A stretch of 64,000 nucleotides of DNA from Mobula hypostoma. Lineage: Eukaryota. Positions 35,101 through 50,100 of this stretch are shown here, piece by piece. The notes beneath the pieces were generated by a model that was not told the DNA's origin, made no database searches, and was given only the letters and a program-made list of their open reading frames with translations. The stretch lies in the NCBI RefSeq assembly GCF_963921235.1, contig NC_086107.1, positions 100,814,001 through 100,878,000 on the forward strand, read 5' to 3'. The translations under genes were made by a program, and so were the position numbers. Position 1 is the stretch's first letter, and each line of letters begins with the position of its first letter.

Positions 35101-38100
35101 TTGCCTTCCTAACTACTTACCACATCTGCCTGCTGACTTCTGGGACAAGAACAAGATCCCTTTGTACTGCACTCAATTGTGATCTTTTTTCCCGTTTAAA
35201 TAGTAGTTTTGGCTTCCTGTAATTGAGGTGCATGACCCCACTCCACTCCATTTGCTAAATCTTTGCCCACTCACTTAAACTGTGCTATTGCAAGGCTTAT
35301 CTGTCCCCATTTAACCACCTGCTTTCATGGCAGCAGGTAGACTTGGACATCTTGCAATCTGTCCCCTCCTCCAGGTTGTTGATATAAATCGTAAGTAGTT
35401 AGGGGCCAAGAACTGAGTCTTGGGACACTCCATGAGTTGTGTCATTCCAGGCTTCTATTAAGACCATATTAACACACTTCTTCCAATAACATGACTTAAC
35501 TAGTACACCAGTCTTTTATGTACCACCTTGTTAAACATCTCCTGGAAATCTAAATACACAATATCTAATGATTCCCCTCTTAGGAAGTGCATAGAGTTGA
35601 TTGCTGAGAAGGCGAATTTGTGAGTTCTAATGCCACCAAGGAGTCTTGAATGATGAGATACAGCTACAACACTAAAATCCTGATTCTACAACAGTGCTCA
35701 TTGATGGCATGCATCTACCAACAGAGTGGGGTGCAATTATCCTGGGAATGTTCATAATCTTCAAATGTATTGCAAAGTTACTTCAGCTGAATGTTTTTTT
35801 TTCCTAAACCACATTTAATCAAATAAATTCATGGTCTGTGTATTTTTCACATTCATAGCGCTATTTCCTGCGTCAAGCCCGGCGAGTTTGCCAATCCCAG
35901 TGCAGTTCTGACCCAGGCACCTATCACTGGCTTTTCCATCCCCTGGGGCACCGCTTCTTTGTGGACTGTGATTGGTCTCTTAAATCAGTTGCAAAGGAAA
36001 GTCTCTTCAGCTCTCCAAGGAACCCAGGTAGGAAACACTAAAGTCCAAGTACACTGTCCGCAATTCCTCTGAATTAAAAAGAATGCACTTTTTATTGATA
36101 GCTCACAGTTTCTGTAAGCAAATTGTCATTTTTTCTGCATGTAGTTCAGACACCAGAATACAAGAACAATAAAAGTGGATTCCAGTATTTGGGACAGTAC
36201 TTAAAAGAACAAAAATGAAATTTAAAAATATAGTTGTGGATCCTTTGTTTATTTAGGACACTATGCCACTTAATTGGGGCAGGAAACTGTTTCTAACCCG
36301 CAGTCAGTCATGTTAACTTGTGTGGTTATTAGACACTACACAGTGCATCTAGTTTTTAAATAGCACCAGTTGTGTGTGTTTGTGTTTAAAAAAAAAGCAG
36401 TGATTATTGCCACTGATTGGCGAGAAATAAGCAGTAAGACATTTGGATCTGTTTTGCTCACTGCGGTTTCAAACATTCAGGCTTGAAAATGCCAGAAATG
36501 GCTGGAAGTGAAAATGAACGATTTCACTACTTCAACAAATGAGGAATTATAAAGAATTTGAAGGTATCGATAATCATCTTGAATGTTACAATGAAAATAA
36601 AGATTTGGAGGATGCAGTCATCTAAAACATTGTATGAAGGCAGGCCATTATCTGCAGCTAGGTGTCTGTGCTGATATTGTTCATTTAGAGTCAATCATAA
36701 GAACACAACAGATGAATTCCTCCGTCGATAACTATTAGGAACTAAGACACAGTTTTATTGTGCTGTAGAGGTATTGGTAGTGTTCTAATTTGTTCAGTAT
36801 TTCATTTAAATACATGAATTGTTACTCGCTTAAATAGTAGCTTGTCTTTTTTATACCTTTAACTATTTCCATGAAACTTCAGCTAATTGGGGCAGCTGCT
36901 TAATTGGGCCAAAATGTACTGGTCCCGATGTGTTCCAATTAACTGGAATCCAGTGTATTAGAAAATAGTGGGTATGTGAAAGCATACTTGCTTAAGGAAA
37001 CTTGAAGATACAAAGGAGAAAGGAAATAGAGCAGTGAAGGGGAGCCTTTAGTGGCTGGCTCATTGGAGATACTCTCCAATTAGTATACTGACTAATACCA
37101 TAACAATTAAATTTTGATTAAAGGAAGGAAAAACAACAAGTTAGTTTAAGAATATTTAATAATGAGGCCCAGGCTCTGTCTTTAGATGATAAATGCTGGA
37201 AATCCTAGGTAGGCTAGGTAGCATATGTGGAAGAGGAAACAGAATTTAATGTTCTGAGGAAACATCATCAACTTGAAACAGTAGTTCTAGTTCACTCTTC
37301 CACAGATACTCTTGACCTTCTGAAGATTTATTCATAGCATTTTCTGTTTGTATTTCAGATTTCCAATAGCTAGTTTTTCTTACCCCCGGAGACTGGAACA
37401 ATTTCTTGCTCTTCTATGGTAAACAGCAGCTTAGAATGCATGTAAAAAGGACTGAATTATAGAGTAAATATACGGTCAGAAATTGAAAACACTTTTTAAC
37501 ACAAAATATTTAAAGAACTTTGTAGGAATGTTATTGCCCTAAATGTGACACAGATACAGAGAAGATATGGAGGTTGACACCGGAAGATTTGGTTGACGTA
37601 GCACAAAGAGGAAGCTTAAAGGAAGAAAGAAGCAGGAATGCAAGGAGATGCAAGTTGAAGGCTGCATTGTTGAGGTCCCCAATTGGAACCATGCATTTGA
37701 GTTACCTGTTCAATGCAAATCAGTTGATGGGTTATTTAATACAAGAAAAAATCTAGCTTGTATAATTCACCATAGTGCCTATCTTGAGCCTGAAATGAAA
37801 ATAGCTATTATTATAATTTTTTTTTTTACTTTCCTCTTGCAGTTGATCCGGTAGCCCAAGTGAACCAGGCATTTTGTGAAAATTTACTTGAGAAAGCCGT
37901 ATACTCGCTAGTCAAGCCAGAGCTTGAGGATGCTGGGTATGTACGCTAGTCTGATGTCAAATCAAATCAAGTTTAATTATCGTTCGACCATTCATGGATA
38001 CAGCCAAGGTGCAAAATGAACATAGTACATTCAAAACAGCGAGCAGAGCAAAAGCGTAAGTCATGCAAAAAAACCCACAGACGTACATGGCTGGGAATGG

Positions 38101-41100
38101 ATGAGGTAGATGAACCAGTCCATCTTTTCCTAGAACAGTGGTTGGTTTTACAGAAAGCTAATTGTTTAATTGCATTGGAAAAAATCGTTCTTTATAGGGC
38201 AGAGATTTTTTATACAAATGGAATAAAGCATCAGTGGATAGCTTGCACTTGCTAGCATCTACATACATTATACTTTATTGTCACCAAACAATTGATACTA
38301 GAACGTACAATCATCACAGCGATATTTGATTCTGCGTTTCACTCTCCCTGGAGTACAAATTGATAGTAAATATTAAAAATTTAAATTATAAATCATAAAT
38401 AGAAAATAGAAAAGGGAAAGTAAGGTAGTGCAAAAAAAAATCGAGAGACAGGTCCTGATATTTGGAGGGTATGGCCCAGATCTGGGTCAGGATCCGTTCA
38501 GCAGTCTTATCACAGTTGGAAAGAAGTTGTTCCCAGATCTGGCCATACGAGTCTTCAAGCTCCTGAGCCTTCTCCCGGAGGGAACAGGGACGAAAAGTGT
38601 GTTGGCTGGGTGGGTCGTGTCCTTGATTATCCTGGCAGCACTGCTCCGACAGCGTGCGGTGTAAAGTGAGTCCACGGACGGAAGTTTGGTTTGTGTGATT
38701 TGCTGGGCTGTGTTCATGATCTTCTGCAGCTTCTTCCAGTCTTGGACAGAACAACTTCCATACCAGGTTGTGATGCACCCTGGAAGAATGCTTTCTACGG
38801 TGCATCTATAAAAATTAGTGAAGGTTTTAGGGGACAGGCCAAGTACATGTTAAGTAATTGAAATGAAACTGCCATCTAATTTCAAAAAGGGATACATAAT
38901 GAAAATCGATTCATCGTGTGTGTCCTAACTTGAAGCTATCATCAGAAAAAAAATGATCCTGTGGTTTTGTAAGTAAATTTCCTCGACTAACTCTCTTGAG
39001 AGAAACAAACCATTGTGGTTTGATTAAATTCCTGAAAAAATGCATATTGTCCTTCAGATTGGAATCGAGAAATCATTTCATTAACAACCTTCATAACTCC
39101 TACTTCTTTCAATTATGTTGCCTTTCATTTTGGGATTTAAATTTCCTCTTAAATTTATTTATTCATTCAATAAAGACATTAGTTTTGATTATTTTGGTAT
39201 TATCAGGTCCTGCCCCAAGATTATTTTGCTTTAGGTAACAAAGGCAAATTACTTTAAACAAAATGAGTCTGAAAATAACTTGCAGTATAAATATTCTCAT
39301 TCACAAAAATTACTTATGAATATCCAGAATTCCAGTGTAGAATCAATCAGACTTTTGCCAATTTTGAAATGAGGAATTGAAAAATTTCCATCAGTTTAAT
39401 TTGGGTACGTTTATGTAAATATGGTTTGCCTAACTTCAGGAACCAGAAAAAAATATGATTTAAAATGTAAAGCAGCTGAGTTGCAACTGATCTTAAGTAG
39501 AAGATCTAGGTTGCATCTTTGTTGTTAAAAAACCACAAATTCTCTATCCATCCGTAAGAGCATAAGAAATAGAAGGGGGAGTAGGCATTCTGCCCCTCTT
39601 GCCCACACCATTCAATATCATACCCAATTACCCTATTCCTGCCTAATCTCATATTACTTGGTCTCTTAATATCCACTAATCTAGTTAAATCTTTGTATAA
39701 TATATTCATTGTCAGAGTCTATACAGTCCAATTGGGTAAAGAATTATAGAATCACTATCCATCGGTTGAAAAAATTACTTTGAGACTGTGATTCCTTCTT
39801 GTAGACATCCAGGCCCATGGAAACCACACTGATCTTACCTTGCTGAGTTCAGTAAGAATTTTAGTATGTTTCAATGAGATCACATCTCATTCCTCCAAAC
39901 TCAGAAATATATTGGCCCAGTCAACGTAAATTCTCATACAATAAAGCTGCTTTTTCAAGAATCAGTCTTTGAACTTTACTGCACTCAATTGCCTGTATAC
40001 CTTTACCAAGGTAAGCACACTCGACTTGTACATAATATTCCAGATCTGGTCTTACCAAGGTCTTGTCTAATTGACCCATGATATCTCAAATTTTATAGCA
40101 CTAATGGACACTATACAATTTCCCAGTTGCTGCCGTCTTTTGGAAACACTTCTCTCAAATGGGGACTTGTAATATGTTCAAAGTAAATTTATTATCCCAG
40201 TATGTATATGTCACCGTATACTACCCTATGATTCATTTTCTTGTGGACATTCACAGTAGAACAAAGAAATACGATAGAATCAATGAAAAACTACACACAG
40301 AGACTAACAAACAACCAATGTGCAGAAGAAGACAAACTGCACAAAAATAAAAACAAATAATAAATTCATTGAGTTGTAGAGTCTTTGAAAGTGAGTCCAT
40401 AGGTTGAGGAATCAGTTCAGCATTGAGTGAGGTTATCCACACTGGTTCAGGAACCTAATGGGTGAATCTACGCAAACTTCTAAGAAAGTAGAGCCGTTGC
40501 TGTGCCTTCTTTATAATGGTACTTACAATCAGGTCCTAGGGCACAGTAATGCCAAGGAATGTAACGTTACTGACCCTTCCACCTCCAATTTCCCCTGATG
40601 AGGAGTGGCTCATGGACATCCGGTTTCCTCCTGTAGTAAATAATCAGCTCTTTGGTTTTGCTGACACTGAGTGAGAGATTGTTGTTTTGATATGTGGTAT
40701 TGAATGACCAACCTACTGTAACTGCTGAGCAAAATGAATCAGAATAACTGGAATTAATATTGATATAATTGGAAATTGGATCTCAGGGTTGTATATGGTG
40801 ACACATATGTACTTCGGTGTTAAACTTACTCTGAACTGTGAACTTTGGCTACTGTTTATGCTTTTATCCTTAGAAAAGCAAATGCCAATTTTAAATATGG
40901 ATTTTTTTCTTTAAATGATGGAGCTTTAAGCTACAGAAATAACTATGTAAAATAATAATTTTGAATGTAGCAGTGAAATACCCTTTGAGAAGCACATAGA
41001 TCATTGTAAGGTTAACCTACAAATCCTTGTGTGAGTTCAAACCACCTGTCTGTTTATAACTGCTGAGTTCCTCCAGCATTTTGCTTGGATTTCCAGCATC

Positions 41101-44100
41101 TGCAGATTTTCTCTTGTTTGTTTATATTTTTTTCCAGTTCTTTCCATTCATTTCTTCGACTCTTTATTTGTGACTACCATTTATCTTTCTCAACCTTAAA
41201 CACTTTCACCACCTGTTAGTGACCAAAACTTCAGTCATTGCAGTCACGGCACTCCAGTTCTATGTAGTCACTCTGTAAAACTCTCTCCCCACCTCTCGCA
41301 CTCTCTCCAAAACTTTGGGTCAATGGTTTCAACCAGGAACTTCTCCTCTGTGTCCTGCTGATCATTCTGTCCTTTTATTTTTGATTAAAAAATGCAGCTA
41401 GAGGCACCATTTATAACAAGTGCAGGTGACAGACGGGTTGAGGTAACATCAAATAGAATGGGGCTATCTAGAGATGGAGTATTGTGCCACAGCAGTTGGT
41501 GTTATTGCTCAGAAGTCCATATTTGATCCTGCCACCTGTGTGACGTGTGCACAATCTCCCTGTGACTCATGAGTTTCTTACCACTTCCGAGACATGCTTT
41601 TAGATTGATTGGCTACTATGTGTTATCCCCAGTGTAGGTACATGACCATAAGACCATTAGCCCTAGGAGCAGAATTAGGCCATTAGGTCTGTCATCTGCT
41701 CTGCCATTCAATCATGGCTGATTTATCTTCCTGCAGTGGGAAGGTGAGTGAAATTAGATTGCAGGTTACAGGGAAATGAGGATAAATTGGAGTAATGGAA
41801 TTGTTCTCTTGGAAGCTGACATTGATCATATGGGCCAAACGGCCTCCCATTTTATACAAAGTAGATAACATTCCAATGTACCCATTAGGGTGCGCTAGAG
41901 TGTTATAGAAACAGGGCACTGAATTCTGACTCTCTTGGTTAGTCAACTGAGAAAACTGTTTTCCAATCTGAAAATGTGCTGCTGCTGGTCCTCATTTCCT
42001 GAGACAGGACTAGCAAAGTTATCTGGGAGATAACTCTATCTCGAATCTGGTGTGTCATGGCAGGACATGTGCACGAGGACGCAGGGGTCGGTGTACTGTG
42101 GATAGACCAGATGATTTAGGGGGTGGGGTGATGGTTAGTGGTAGCCCGTGCTGGGCCTCTGGAAGTAGTTCAGTGGAGCATTCTCAGGGACTGGGAAAGC
42201 AGGAAGCAGGAGAGTCTGCAATGCGGAGGTGTGGCGGGGGGGGGGGCGCGCCAATATATGTCCTGATGCAAATGGAGATTGGGACGACTAGTAAATGGGT
42301 TAGGTTGATAATATCATGGTAACTGCAGGGCATGCTGGAGATCAGAAAGGCTGGGTATTAGCTGGGTGGGGAGGGAAGCCTAAAGGTGTACAGTAAGTCA
42401 GTCATATCACGACCTAGTTTGCTGCTGAAATATGTAAAAAATCATGAACTACCCTGCAATAATGTTTGGAGAAAAAAAATGTTGTGTGTCCATATTGGAA
42501 TTTTTGTCTGGATCACTGGGGAAACTGGTAAATATAGTCAGATTTTTTTTAAAGAAAACAAGCTGGAACTTGGAAAAAAACCTACTTTGAAATGCTGGGC
42601 TATGGGGAATAAAACAACATAATGCAATTGAATTTGTGAGCGGTTGCCTTCCCATTTAGGTGATAGTTTTTTTATGTAAATACCACTGCCTGGTCTGAAA
42701 GCATTTGTAGCCATTTCTGAATTTGTTTGATACAAATGTTAGTTGTTCCTAAACTAGCTAGAATATATTTGTGGGATCGTGATGTTCCTGAACTGACAGA
42801 ACCTACATTATATTAACCAACATATATTGTCTGTTACAGAGAGTTCTCCAATGCTTTCGAGTACTTGCAGTTACTTAAAACTTGTGCTGATACAGCAGGT
42901 AATTGGACACAGGCATTTTCCATTGAATCCAGTCTGAGGAATACTGCAGGTGAGAGCTCAGCTTTGAAATGATCTAATACTGATCTAATATGGATATCCT
43001 TCAATAATTTTTACACGAGTTCAAGTTGGCAGGACATTTACAAGGACAGGTGTGTAAAGAGGTGTGTAGGATCATTGGAGACCGGAGTCACCCCAACCAC
43101 AAACTGTTCCGGCTGCTACCATCCAGGAAATGGTACCGTAGCATTAAAGCCAGGACCAACAGGCTCCGGGACAGCTTCTTCCACTATGCCCTCAGACTGA
43201 TTTACTCACGCTAATTTGAGTTACTCTATTTTACATTGACTTCTATTTATTATAAATTACTATGATTGCAAATTTATATGGAGACGTAACGTAAAGATTT
43301 TTACTCCTCACGTATGTGAACGATATAAGAAGTAAAGTCAATTCAATTCAAAGCTCTGTCCCAACTGTACCTTTTTGTGCAACATGTGACTTTCACTTTA
43401 ATTTATCCTGAGTCCCTGTGATACTTGTCTCAGCCAGTATTTGATAAATTGTTAGCAAAAACTAAGACCGGTTTCTGAAACTATTTTGAATGATTTTGTT
43501 AGCTATTTTTCAGTATGTTAATTAATGGAAAGAATGCTTTGCTCTGAAGCTCGAAGTATATTTTTAATATTTATCCAAACAACGCGACCATCTTTGAAGA
43601 GCAAAAGGAATTGTTTGTGTCTGTAAATTAATCATTCATGTCACTTTGCCAGGTCCAGATCCTGTGAGTAAGTGGTGGACATCAGTTGTCGCATTCACTG
43701 TACACTGGCTTCAGGGTGACGATTCAACAGCGAAAGGATTGTTTACTGAAGTAGAACGAATACCCAAATCTCTGCAGATGTCTGAGTATGTCTATATTTC
43801 ACTTTTCTCGCATTAAGTGAAGGTTTTTAACTTCAAGCAGCAGGATATAATTATGGAAGTGAAATAAGTTCCTTGCATGTACAGATTGGGTTTGCTTTAA
43901 AATGTTGTACTTTAAGGAAAAGTCTTGATCAATTTTTTTTAAAAGCACAGGAACAGAAAGAGACCCTCAAGCTTATTCCATCATTTAGTTAAGCAGTTGC
44001 TAATCTGCAGTTCCTATTCTCATATTTCTTATGACACAGAGGCCATTTAATTTATCAAATGAGTCTCAGAGCAATCTCATTAGTTATATTACCCCACTGA

Positions 44101-47100
44101 CCAGTGTGTCCTCCAAGAGGACCACAACTTTGTGGTTGATTGGAGGATTGCGTGCTTCAATGACCCGGAGAGCTAGGTTGGCTGGAGTCAGGCTTTGGCT
44201 CTTGGTAGGGTCACCCATGCCAAACAGGTCAAAAGACAGAGGCCAGACTAAGAGTGGTCCACTGGTCTTCCAGGCTCGGGGGTTTAGCTGAGGGCTAACA
44301 ACTCTGATTGGTAAAACAAAATTATTACGGAAACAGCAATGAAGAATCCTTCTAAATCTGAGTGCAACAGTATTCCTGACTCTCCACCCAGAACTTGCAT
44401 GACTGACAGTAGTGAAAACCAAGAGGAGGCTACTGACACGATGAAGGAAGCCCTGAACCCCACCAGAGATGGAGGATCTTCAGTGCTGCCCTAAACACCA
44501 ACGGCGTAACAGGCAGTAAGAAAACTGATCCACCTGAAACTTATTCCTTCCAGTTTGCCATTCAATTTCCCCATGAATTTTTTACAAGCCAGTTACCCTG
44601 GTCAATGAACCAGGCACCAGCTTTGGTATTTGTGAGGTAACTGCAGCACCAGGGTGGTAATGGAGGGAGCCCATCTCGTCACACAGATGTGCAAACTCCA
44701 CATAGACAGCACTGAAGGTCCTGATCGATCTGGGTTACTGGAGCTGTGAGACAAGTTCAGTCCTCCTCTCACGTTGGGAAGTTCTGGAGGTTTCAAGGGG
44801 CAGCTATTCCCAGATTTTGAGAAGTGTATCCTGATATTCCTCCTAAGTGGTCTGGCTCCTCCTACCCAGCCACTTCCTTATTTTGAAGTCCAACATCATA
44901 GGAAGTGAATTCTCTCTTTAAAATTCAACCTGATTCAACTGAAACCTTTAATTTCCTGTGACCATGGGAATGAAAATGTATGCATCCTGACTCTCATGAT
45001 CCTGGTTACGGAGTGTGATCTCAACTGAGTCATTTGCAAGTTCCTTATTGGAAACTTGCTTCCTAAAAAAAATTTAAAATAAATCAAAGCCTGAGAAGTT
45101 TTATCATAAATGTGAGCATGACCATTTACCCGTTTACACTCAGTGGCCACTTTAGTATAAGGAGGAGTGTACCTAATAAAGTGGCCACAGGAGTGAAATC
45201 CAGCGTGGTCTTCTGTTGCTGTAGTGCAGCCACTTCAAGGTTCAACATGTTGTGCATTCAGAGATGCTCCTCTGCACACCACTGTTGTATCACAAGGTTA
45301 TTTGAGTTGCTGTTGCCTTCCTGTCAGCTTGAACCAGTCTAGCCATTCTCCTCTGACCTCTCCTATTAACAACACAAGTATGCAGATGCTGGAAATCCAG
45401 ACCGACACATACAAAGTGCTGGAGGAACTCAGCAGGTCAAGCAGCATCTAGGGAAATGAATGAACAATTGACATTTTGGGCTGAGACCTTTCTTCAAGAC
45501 CAGAGAGGAAGGGAGAAGACGTCAGAATAAAAAGGCCAGGGGAGGGGAAGGAGGACTAGCTAGAAGGTGATAAGTGAGCCAGGTGAATGGGAAAGGTAAA
45601 GTGCTGGAGAGGAAGTTAATCTGATAGGAGAGTTGACTATGGGAAAGAGGGAAGAAGGAGGGGCATCAGGCAGAGATAATAGGCAGGTGAGGAGAAGAGG
45701 TTAGAGTGCAGAATAGAAGAAGCGGGAAGGGGGAGGGAAAAGAAATTACCAGAAGGAGAACTAGATATTCGTGCCATCAGATTGAAAGTTACCTAGACGA
45801 AATGAGGTGTTGCTTCTCTACCTGAGAGTGGCCTCATCATGGCAGAAGAGGAGGCCATGGACCAACATGTCAGAATGGGAGTGGGTATAGGAATTTAAAT
45901 GGTTGTCCACCGGGAGATTTGATGGATGGAACGGAGGTGCATGACAAAGCAGTCCCCCAATCTGTGACGAGTCTCACTAATGTAGAGGAAGCCGCATCAA
46001 GAGCACTAGACCCCAATAGGTTTGCAGGTGAAGTGTTGCCTCATCTGGAAGGACAGTTTGGGGCCCTGGATGGATGTAAGGGAGGAGGTAAATGGGCAGG
46101 TGTAACATTTAGGGTGCTTGCAGGGATAAGTGCCAGGAGGGAGATTAGTGGGGAGAGACAAATAGACAAGGAAATCACGGAGGGAGCGATCTCTACGGAA
46201 AGCGGAGAGTGGGGGGAAAGGCAAAGATATGTTTGGTGGTAAGATCCCATTGAAGAGGGCAGAAGTTGCGGAAAATGATGTGTTGGATATGGGGGTTCGT
46301 GGAGTGCTAGGTAAGGACAAGAAGAGCTCTATTCCTGTTAAAGCGGTGGGAGGATGGGGTGAGCGCGGATGACTGGGAAATGGAGGAGATGCAGGTGAGG
46401 GAATCATCAATGGTAGAGGAAGGGAATCCCTCCACCATTGATGCTTCACTCACCTGCATCTCTTTGAAGAAGAAAGACATCTCTGATGTCCTTGAAAGGA
46501 AAGTTTCATCCTGGGAATAGATACGGCAGAAACAAGAGAACTGAGAAAAGGCAATAGCACTTTTACAGGAGACAGGGTAAGAAGAGGAATAGCCATGGGA
46601 ATCGATAGGTTTATAGTCAAGATAGCCATGGTAATCGTAGGCTCTCATTAACAAGGCATTTTCACCTGCAGAACTGCCGCTCGCTGGATGTTTTCGTTTC
46701 TCGCACCATTCTCTGTGAGCTCTAGAGACTGTTGTGCATAAAATCCCAGGAGATCAGCAGTTTCTGATATACTCAAACCACCTGGTTTGGCTCCAGCAAT
46801 TTTTCCACAGTCAAAGTCACTTAGATCGTATTTCTTACGCATTCTGATACTTGGTCTGAACAACAACTGAACACATGCCTTTGTGCATTGAATTGCTGCC
46901 ACATGATTGGCTGGTTAGAGATTTGCATTAATGAGCAGGTGGCCTCTGTCTCATATCGTCTCATGAGGGATGATTTATTCCTCCAATATCATATTACTGT
47001 GAGTTAAATGCCTTTATGGGGAAAGCTTAGAAACTTAATTTCTGGAAATAACTCATTATGTAAAATCAGGGGCTAGGGAAGTTTTAATTACAAATAATGT

Positions 47101-50100
47101 ATGATTTGTCCTCCAACAAGAGAGTTAATCCAACTCTACAATAAAATTAACATTTCAAGGTATTCCTCTCTTGTATGATTTTGTTTTTTCTTTGTTTCCC
47201 CAATGTAGAAGCCCACTGCCAAAAGCAATTCTTTACGTCTATAAAGCGATGCAGACAACCCTTTTGGGGAAGCGAGATGTTCACCAGACAACATTCCTGC
47301 ACTGCGAGAGAGCCAGTGGATACCTCTGCAACAGTTTGACTGTCTCTAGACCACACCAGGATACAAAGCTTCACAAGGTACAGAGCTGTGCATTGATATC
47401 ATCCCTTTGTGCAAAGTGGTTTTCTGCACCTCAGCAGTAGGTTTGCAATGTCCCAGCTGCAGCTTTAAGCTTTATAGCATAAAAGGCACCTGCTTTTGTA
47501 TGTAAATCCAGGGCAGAACAGGTCTTTCAAAACTGAGATGGTGGCCTCTGGGGTGCATTGTAGTTGCATTGCATGTGCCAGCGATGTTGTGCAATGTGTC
47601 TGCAGTGCAATACAGAGGTGTGCCCTGGGCATCGAGAAGTGAACATGATTTACACTAATCCTGGTCTTAGAACTCATGGCTGGTCATGTCCTTTCAATAT
47701 TGTCACAAGTCTGGTAGGACTTGTCAGTGCCCTGCCATTCACTGTATGAGAGTTGTGGAACACAGAGACCTGGGAGTACAAGTTCACAGTTTGCTGAAAG
47801 CAGCCACGTTGAAGAAGGCATTTAGCATGCTGGCCTTCATCAGCCAGGGCATCAAGCGTAGGAGTTTGGGCATTACATTGCAGTTATATGAAGCTTCACT
47901 TGAGTATAATGGCCAGTTTTGGTCACCCTGTTGTAGGACAGACATAGTAAAGCTGGAGAAGGTACAGAAGAGATTTATGATGTTGCCTGGACTGGAGCAT
48001 TTGAGTTATAGGGAGAGGTTGGCCATGCTAGATCTTTATTCCTGGAGCACGGGAGAGTGAGGGGGTGACCTCATAGGAATTTATAAAATCCTGAGGGGCA
48101 TGGATAAAGTGGGCAGTCATAGTGTTTTCCCCAAGAATGGGGAGCCCAAAGCCAAGGGACACAGATGTAAGACAAGAAGGGAGATATTTAAAAGAGACCC
48201 AAGAGGTAATTTCTTTATATAGAGGGTTGAATAAACTGCCAAAGGAAGTAGTCAGGGTGGGTGTAATTACAACAGTTAAGAGACATTTGGATTGGTGCAT
48301 GGAGGGAAGAATCTGGGAGGGTTAAGGGATGAACACAGGCAACTGGGATTGCAGACAGGATGTTATGGTCGGCATGGGCCAGTTAGAGCAAAGGGTCTGT
48401 TTCCATGCTATCTTATGACTGTAACATCAGACCAACGTGCAAGATCTTTTCAATATGCCACTGACATCTTAAAGCAACACCTAGCCTTTGTCAAAGGAAA
48501 CAGGTGATTTTACACGACTGCTATATGCTCACTATGAGTCAGCCCCATCTCTGGTGCTTATCTAAGTTTCCATCGAATGTATCTGTGTTATAGATTTTCA
48601 TTTCATAGGGTGTAGTGAGTCTCACGTTCCTACCACTGTTAAAGAAAGCTTGGGAGCGGCACGGTGGTGTAGTGGTTAGCACAACGCTTTACAGTGCAAC
48701 CTGCCTGGGTTCAATTCCTGCCACTGCCTGTAAGGAGTTTGTACGTTTTCCCTGTGACCGCGTGGGTTTCCTCCGGGTGCTCTGGTTTCCTCCCACAGTC
48801 CAAAGACGTGTCAGTTGGTAGATTAATTGGTCATTGTAAATTGTCCTGTGATTAGGTTAGGGTTAAATCAAGGGATTGTTGGGCGGAGTGGCTGAAGGAC
48901 AGGAGGGGCCAATTCCTTGCTGTATCTCAATAAATAAATAAATAGAAAGAAAAAAAGAGAAATAGATAGAGAGAGAGAAAGAAAAATACCTTCTACTAAA
49001 TTCTTCATCAGTAATGTTGGTGATCATCTCCAACATTGTTCTCTCCATCAAGTTGAAATTGAAGTTATCTTTAGATTCAGAAATGGTTTTATTAAATGGC
49101 AAAACTAGCATAGGGGATCAGATGTTTGTATCTTCTCTGTCTACACTGTCCAAACTCGACCAGTCCAGCCTACTTCTGTGGACTGGGGCCCCAAAATGTT
49201 CAGTCTTCCTTGCTAATTAAGTTCTGCGATCACATTTGTAAATCTGTTCTGTACTTTCCCAAACACTTGGATTTTTTTGTAAGGTGGAAATCAATATTTG
49301 TAACAAATCTGAATAACATCTTTGCTTCTCATTGCTTTGTTTCTAGAAATTAACTCAAGTGATTGGTTTGTTCCTTCATGTCATTTTAACCTGTACTGCT
49401 GATTTTGGTCATGTATACCTTAGAGATCACTAATTTACAGTGGATGTTGTGAAGCCATACTTTTATCCACTCCTTCCTCTCTCAACTTTTCAGAGGCAAA
49501 TAAAATCTGCACTACACAGATAAAATTTCAAAGGATCTTTTTATGGTTCTTCCTTCAAAAGTCTAAGCAAATTTCAATGCTGTATATCCCAAATTGTGTT
49601 TTGTACATAGCAATACTAATTTAGTATTAGGGAATTATGATGCTAGTTGATTTTACCTCAGTAATCACTGGAGGTATGGAGAAGTTAGATTTGGAGGAAG
49701 ATAGGAAGTTATCAGGGAAAAGAGAACTTTTAAGAATATGAGCAAACATGGCAGATAGAAAAGAAAGTTGGTGAAGATTGAATTGGGGCAGTTCTCAAAG
49801 ATGGAGAAAGTAGAGAACAGTGTGTAAGTTGGGCTGCAGGAAATCATAGTTAAACCTGGTGGCAAGGAGGAAAGAAGAGAGGTGGCAGATGCAACTGACT
49901 GGATGGTCTCCGTGAGAATGCTATGAGCTCATCATACAGAGATGCATGAGAGGGTTTGAAGAAGGGAGGGAAAGCAAGGGGTTATCTTTGTTGTCCTGCA
50001 TTCCAATCATGTTTAATGTGATTGAGCTGGACTTGGCTTCATTCAACATGTTTCTGTTTTAAGAAATAAAATTACAAATTTTATAAAGCACTCAGCTGGT

